Assembly: GCF_000143415.4 (NCBI RefSeq)
Contig: NW_003314386.1
Span: 351,895-415,894 of the forward strand
From: Selaginella moellendorffii
Lineage: Eukaryota > Plantae > Lycopodiophyta
DNA length: 64,000 bases
Reading direction: 5' to 3'
How positions within the stretch are numbered: the first letter of the stretch is position 1; each line of letters opens with the position of its first letter. Of this stretch, positions 60,545-64,000 are shown one piece after another. The notes below the pieces were generated by a model that worked only from the letters and a program-made list of their open reading frames with translations, searched no databases and was not told the origin of the DNA. The position numbers were made by a program, and so were the translations under genes.

Positions 60545-61264
60545 TTTCAGTGTAAGTATTTCCTTTGACGTGTTTCTCCATCTTGAGTTCTTTTGATTAG
60601 GAACAAGATCTTTTTGGGAATGCAAGCAATGCTGCTTGCAAAGAGCATGTGATTGACGGCGATAAAATACGAGACAAGAAAATTTTGACTTCAAGAAGGT
60701 TCTGGTTTTTCTCATTGATTTGCTTGCAGAAGAGCGAGGAAGCTGCTTGTCTCACCAGACAGTGCCCGGACTCAAGAAAGCACAGTAGCTACGATCGTTG
60801 CCGACTGATTTACCCGAGACGAAAGTATGAAGGGGCTGGACAATGTGCTGGACCAGTGCTTTTCTTCTGGCGAGGTCACTTATTCCACTCACCGATAAAT
60901 TGCGATAAGTTTTTTCGAGCAGTGCAAATATTACAACGTAACTTTGTTTTTCTCGCAGGAGGTTGATTTGCTACCTTCTTGATTAGCGAAGAAAGAATGG
61001 AGAGTGGAAAAAGCCGGAGACGAAGTCCACGCTTCCTTCTGAGGATCAGCTCTAAAAGGTGAGAATCTGTTTCTACTTTAACTACTAGTTTTTTATGCGT
61101 TCTTTTGCAGTTCGTACCAGTTGCCAGCCTGAGAGATCCGGAGGATTGTGGACGGTCCTCCCAATCCAGCGCTCTCCTCACCCAAGCGCGACAGGGTCCT
61201 CTTCATCGAAAATTCCTGGTACTAAAGTATTTCACACAACTTATATCTGGTACTTGGCTTCCAA

Positions 61265-61750
61265 AGATTGCTCACATGTCGCATGAAATTCGTACTCCAA
61301 TGAATGCCGTGATTGGCATGGACGCTGAAACGGACATAACGGATGAGCAACGCGAGTATGCTTCTACTACTCGCAGCAGTGGAGAGGTATTGCTGGGGAT
61401 TATCAATGTTATCCTTGATTACAGGTAAGAAGCGGATCTAAATTCACGTCATGCTGAGCTTGGTTGCTCTCGTTCTATTGCAGCAAAATTGAAGCGGGTA
61501 ACATGGAGCTTGACTTGCAACCTACAGAGATCCTGCAACGTGTTGAAGAATCATTTGATCTTGTCGCGAAGGGTCTTGAGTTGACTTAGGATTCTGTTCC
61601 TAGCCCTTTGCTCGGGGAGTCGGCTCGAATCCGCCAAATCCTGGTCAGTTACTTCTTGCAGCTTATTCGCATCTGACTCTAATTCTGCAGGTAAGTCTTC
61701 TTAGCAACGCTGTAAAATTCAACGAGAAAGGATACGTCACTGCAACCATG
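61265..61750 (+). pseudogene. Hybrid-type histidine kinase fragment (HisKA plus start of HATPase_c)
   Basis: [43 protein letters not shown]|SKIEAGNMELD..VEESFDLVAKGLELT*..LLGESARIRQIL|VSLLSNAVKF.EKG, with deletions and a stop. Confidence 0.8.
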
Positions 61751-62744
61751 ATTTTTACAGATCGAAGAACTGATGGAATATCTGCCTGCCCCAGATTTTC
61801 CGACCGGAGGACAAATTTTGGGGCCTCTTTCCTTCGGCCTTACAAGCTATAGTAACTCGCAGGATAGAGGACGCATTAGAACAGGCCGCGGAAAGATTAC
61901 AGGTAGAGGCAAAGCAGATCTCGCATCATAAAAAAAAAGTAGAAGTGAGTGAGACCCGTGTCCTCGTTCTCTCAAATAAGTGGGAACTTACCAACTATGA
62001 AATTACTGAGGTTCGACTTGTAATATATTATTAAGATGATGATTTTAGATTTGGCCTTGGTTTTGCAGATTCCAAATAAGTCTACTTTGGTTGCGAAGAT
62101 TGCCGAACTTGTAGCAGCAAGGTGCGCCTCAGGCGTTTCAGATAATATAATATATTATTTTTCTGTGCGTGATTGAGCAGGAATGAGGATTGTCATCGAG
62201 GTAATTGTGATCAAATGGCTCGGCGTCCTTTGAGTTGGCTGGTTTCTATATGTGCATGCAGCTCAAAAGAGGCCCTGTGGCAGTTATTGTTCTGAATTAT
62301 ATTGTGTTAGTATTCTTAACAAGGAGCCTGAATTGTTTAGTATCAAGAAATCAAGAACTCCCGGGGGCATCTCCCGGTGCCAAACCCCCTCCATGACGAG
62401 CACCGGGTACTCCAAGGGAAATCTTCCAGGAACCCCTGCAGCTCGGAAAACACCCGAGCACTCGAGAAGCTCAATCCCAGTGTTGATCCATCGCCGCCTC
62501 CCGTTGATCGATCCTGGCTAACCCGCTCCATATACTCCTCCAGCAAGCGGGGGGGATCGAAGCTGATCACATCTCCAAGGCCAGTTCGCCAGTGACGAGA
62601 ATCCCAGGGGGATCGTTGTAGATATATTCATGTACAAAACGTAGTAGCTAACCAGAAAATAAAGGAGGCGATGGTAGAAAGCCAGAAACTAAAAGGAAAA
62701 AAGCTGGCATCGATCGATTCGATCCATCGATGGGAAGAGGAAGC

Positions 62745-64000
62745 TTATCCCGGCACCCGACGACCGGTCTCGAGCTCGTCAATCCTTTTGCACAGGGCTC
62801 CAACGGTGATCTTGTGCTCCTTCTCCTGAGTGCTCATCATGTCCCGCAGCTCCTTCATCTCCTTGAGGAACAGGGTGCTCATCTCCTCGTTCTTCTGCAC
62901 GAGCGTGGAGTTCTGGAGCTCCAGGCTCGCCACCCTGCTGCTGAGCTTCCCATTCTCCTGCTCCAGGCTCGCCACCCTGCTGCTGAGCTTCCCATTCTCC
63001 TGCTCCAGGGTCGCCACCCTGCTCCTGAGCTTCCCATTCTCCTGGTCCAGGCTCACCACCCTGCTGCTAAGCTCCCCTATCTGCTTCTCCAGGCCCACGA
63101 TCGTCATCTCATCAGTCACTTTCTCCACCTTCTTTCTCTCCAGGTCCTTCTGGAGGGATTTCTTCTGCTTTGTGTCATTGTCCCGGTAGCGCCTCTCCGC
63201 ATTGTAGAGCTCTAGCTTCTCCATGACCTTCTCCTGGAGGAGAAGCTTTTCGGCTTCGTGCTCGGCTTGCTGGAGGAGAAGCTGCTTGTCAACCTCCTGC
63301 TGGACAAGCTCGCTCTGCTTGTCCAGCAGATCTCGCTGCTCCCGGAGGAGCTTCTTGTGCGTGTCCAGCTCCTCCCGCTTCTCTCGCAGCTGGCGCTGGA
63401 GGCTGTCGATGTGGCTCACCAGCTGGTCATGCCTCTTCTTCGCCACCTTCGCAGCCTCCTCCTCCTGCTTCCTCGCCTCCTTCTGAGCCGCCTCCCTGAT
63501 CTTCATCTGCTGCTGCTCGGCCTCCCTGATCATCACCTGCTGCTTCTCGGACTCCGCCTTCCCCTTTAGCTCCTCCTGCGCGGCAAGCAGCTGGTACTTC
63601 AGCTGATTCTTCTCGCTCTGCAGCCGCCCCAGCTGCTCCTGCTGCGGATTCAGCATCACAGCTCTGGCCATCGCCACACCCTTCTGCCTCGCCGTTTCCT
63701 CCTGGGACCAGAACCACATACCTTCCGGATGGCTCACAAAGTCCTCCTTGGACAGCCCCGTCGCTTCCAGGAACTGAGAGATCCCCTTCTCAACGCTCTC
63801 ATCGAAGGCTGCCTGCGCCAGCACTCCACCGCTGTAGTGGATAGTGTAGACCAGATCCGGCTCAGCGAAGTGGATCGTCACTGTGACCTAGCGGGAAACC
63901 CTTCTCCTCTAGCTGAGCCTGAGAGAGAGATCATTACCTGATCATCGCCGCCGCTTGAATCCTTGTTCGGATCCTCCATCTCCTTCTCGTTCTTCTGCTG
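62745..64000 (-). CDS. Long coiled-coil protein of unknown function; may extend beyond the window
   Basis: 378-aa E/K/Q/L-rich ORF with GC-rich third positions. An in-frame 50-bp intron at 63937-63888 joins upstream exon QQKNEKEMEDPNKDSSGGDDQ. Confidence 0.75.
62915..63075 (-). repeat. ~4 copies of a 42-bp (14-aa, double-heptad) coding tandem repeat
   Basis: LSSRVVSLDQENGK / LRSRVATLEQENGK / LSSRVASLEQENGK / LSSRVASLELQNST. Confidence 0.9.

Noticed and set aside
1-64000. CRISPR arrays, rRNA/tRNA genes, autonomous transposase or RT ORFs
   Set aside because: None recognised by eye; the repeats are PPR/LRR coding repeats, microsatellites or segmental duplications.

Overview
Gene-dense plant nuclear DNA with very short GT-AG introns (mostly about 45-90 bp), intronless PLS-class PPR genes, telo-boxes and two 100-N scaffold gaps. 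This profile fits a lycophyte such as Selaginella moellendorffii, which is inferred rather than proven. The 1-40 kb half is mostly intact genes: three PLS-E PPRs, a non-RD G-type lectin receptor kinase that appears to splice onto an extra C-terminal domain, an nsLTP, an RPW8-type NLR with a terminal frameshift, plastid EF-Tu, an At5g57345/OxR-like protein, an SRF LRR-RLK, a cysteine synthase, PAM68, MED17, a PHD-like Zn protein, an mTERF and an O-fucosyltransferase. The 41-62 kb half is a rearranged mosaic of direct and inverted duplications carrying fragments of PPR, UGT, GT4, EF-Tu, NPSN and histidine-kinase genes. The main intact ORFs inside it are a three-copy family of signal-peptide-bearing, Cys-containing alpha-crystallin-domain proteins (two copies with tandem ACDs) and a 140-aa membrane protein. 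A metacaspase with an uncertain 5' end and a coiled-coil gene close the window. The best novelty candidates are the secreted tandem-ACD family, the RLK with a C-terminal KOW/SH3-like domain, and the gene-fragment-capturing inverted-repeat zone. All calls were made by eye, with no database searches.
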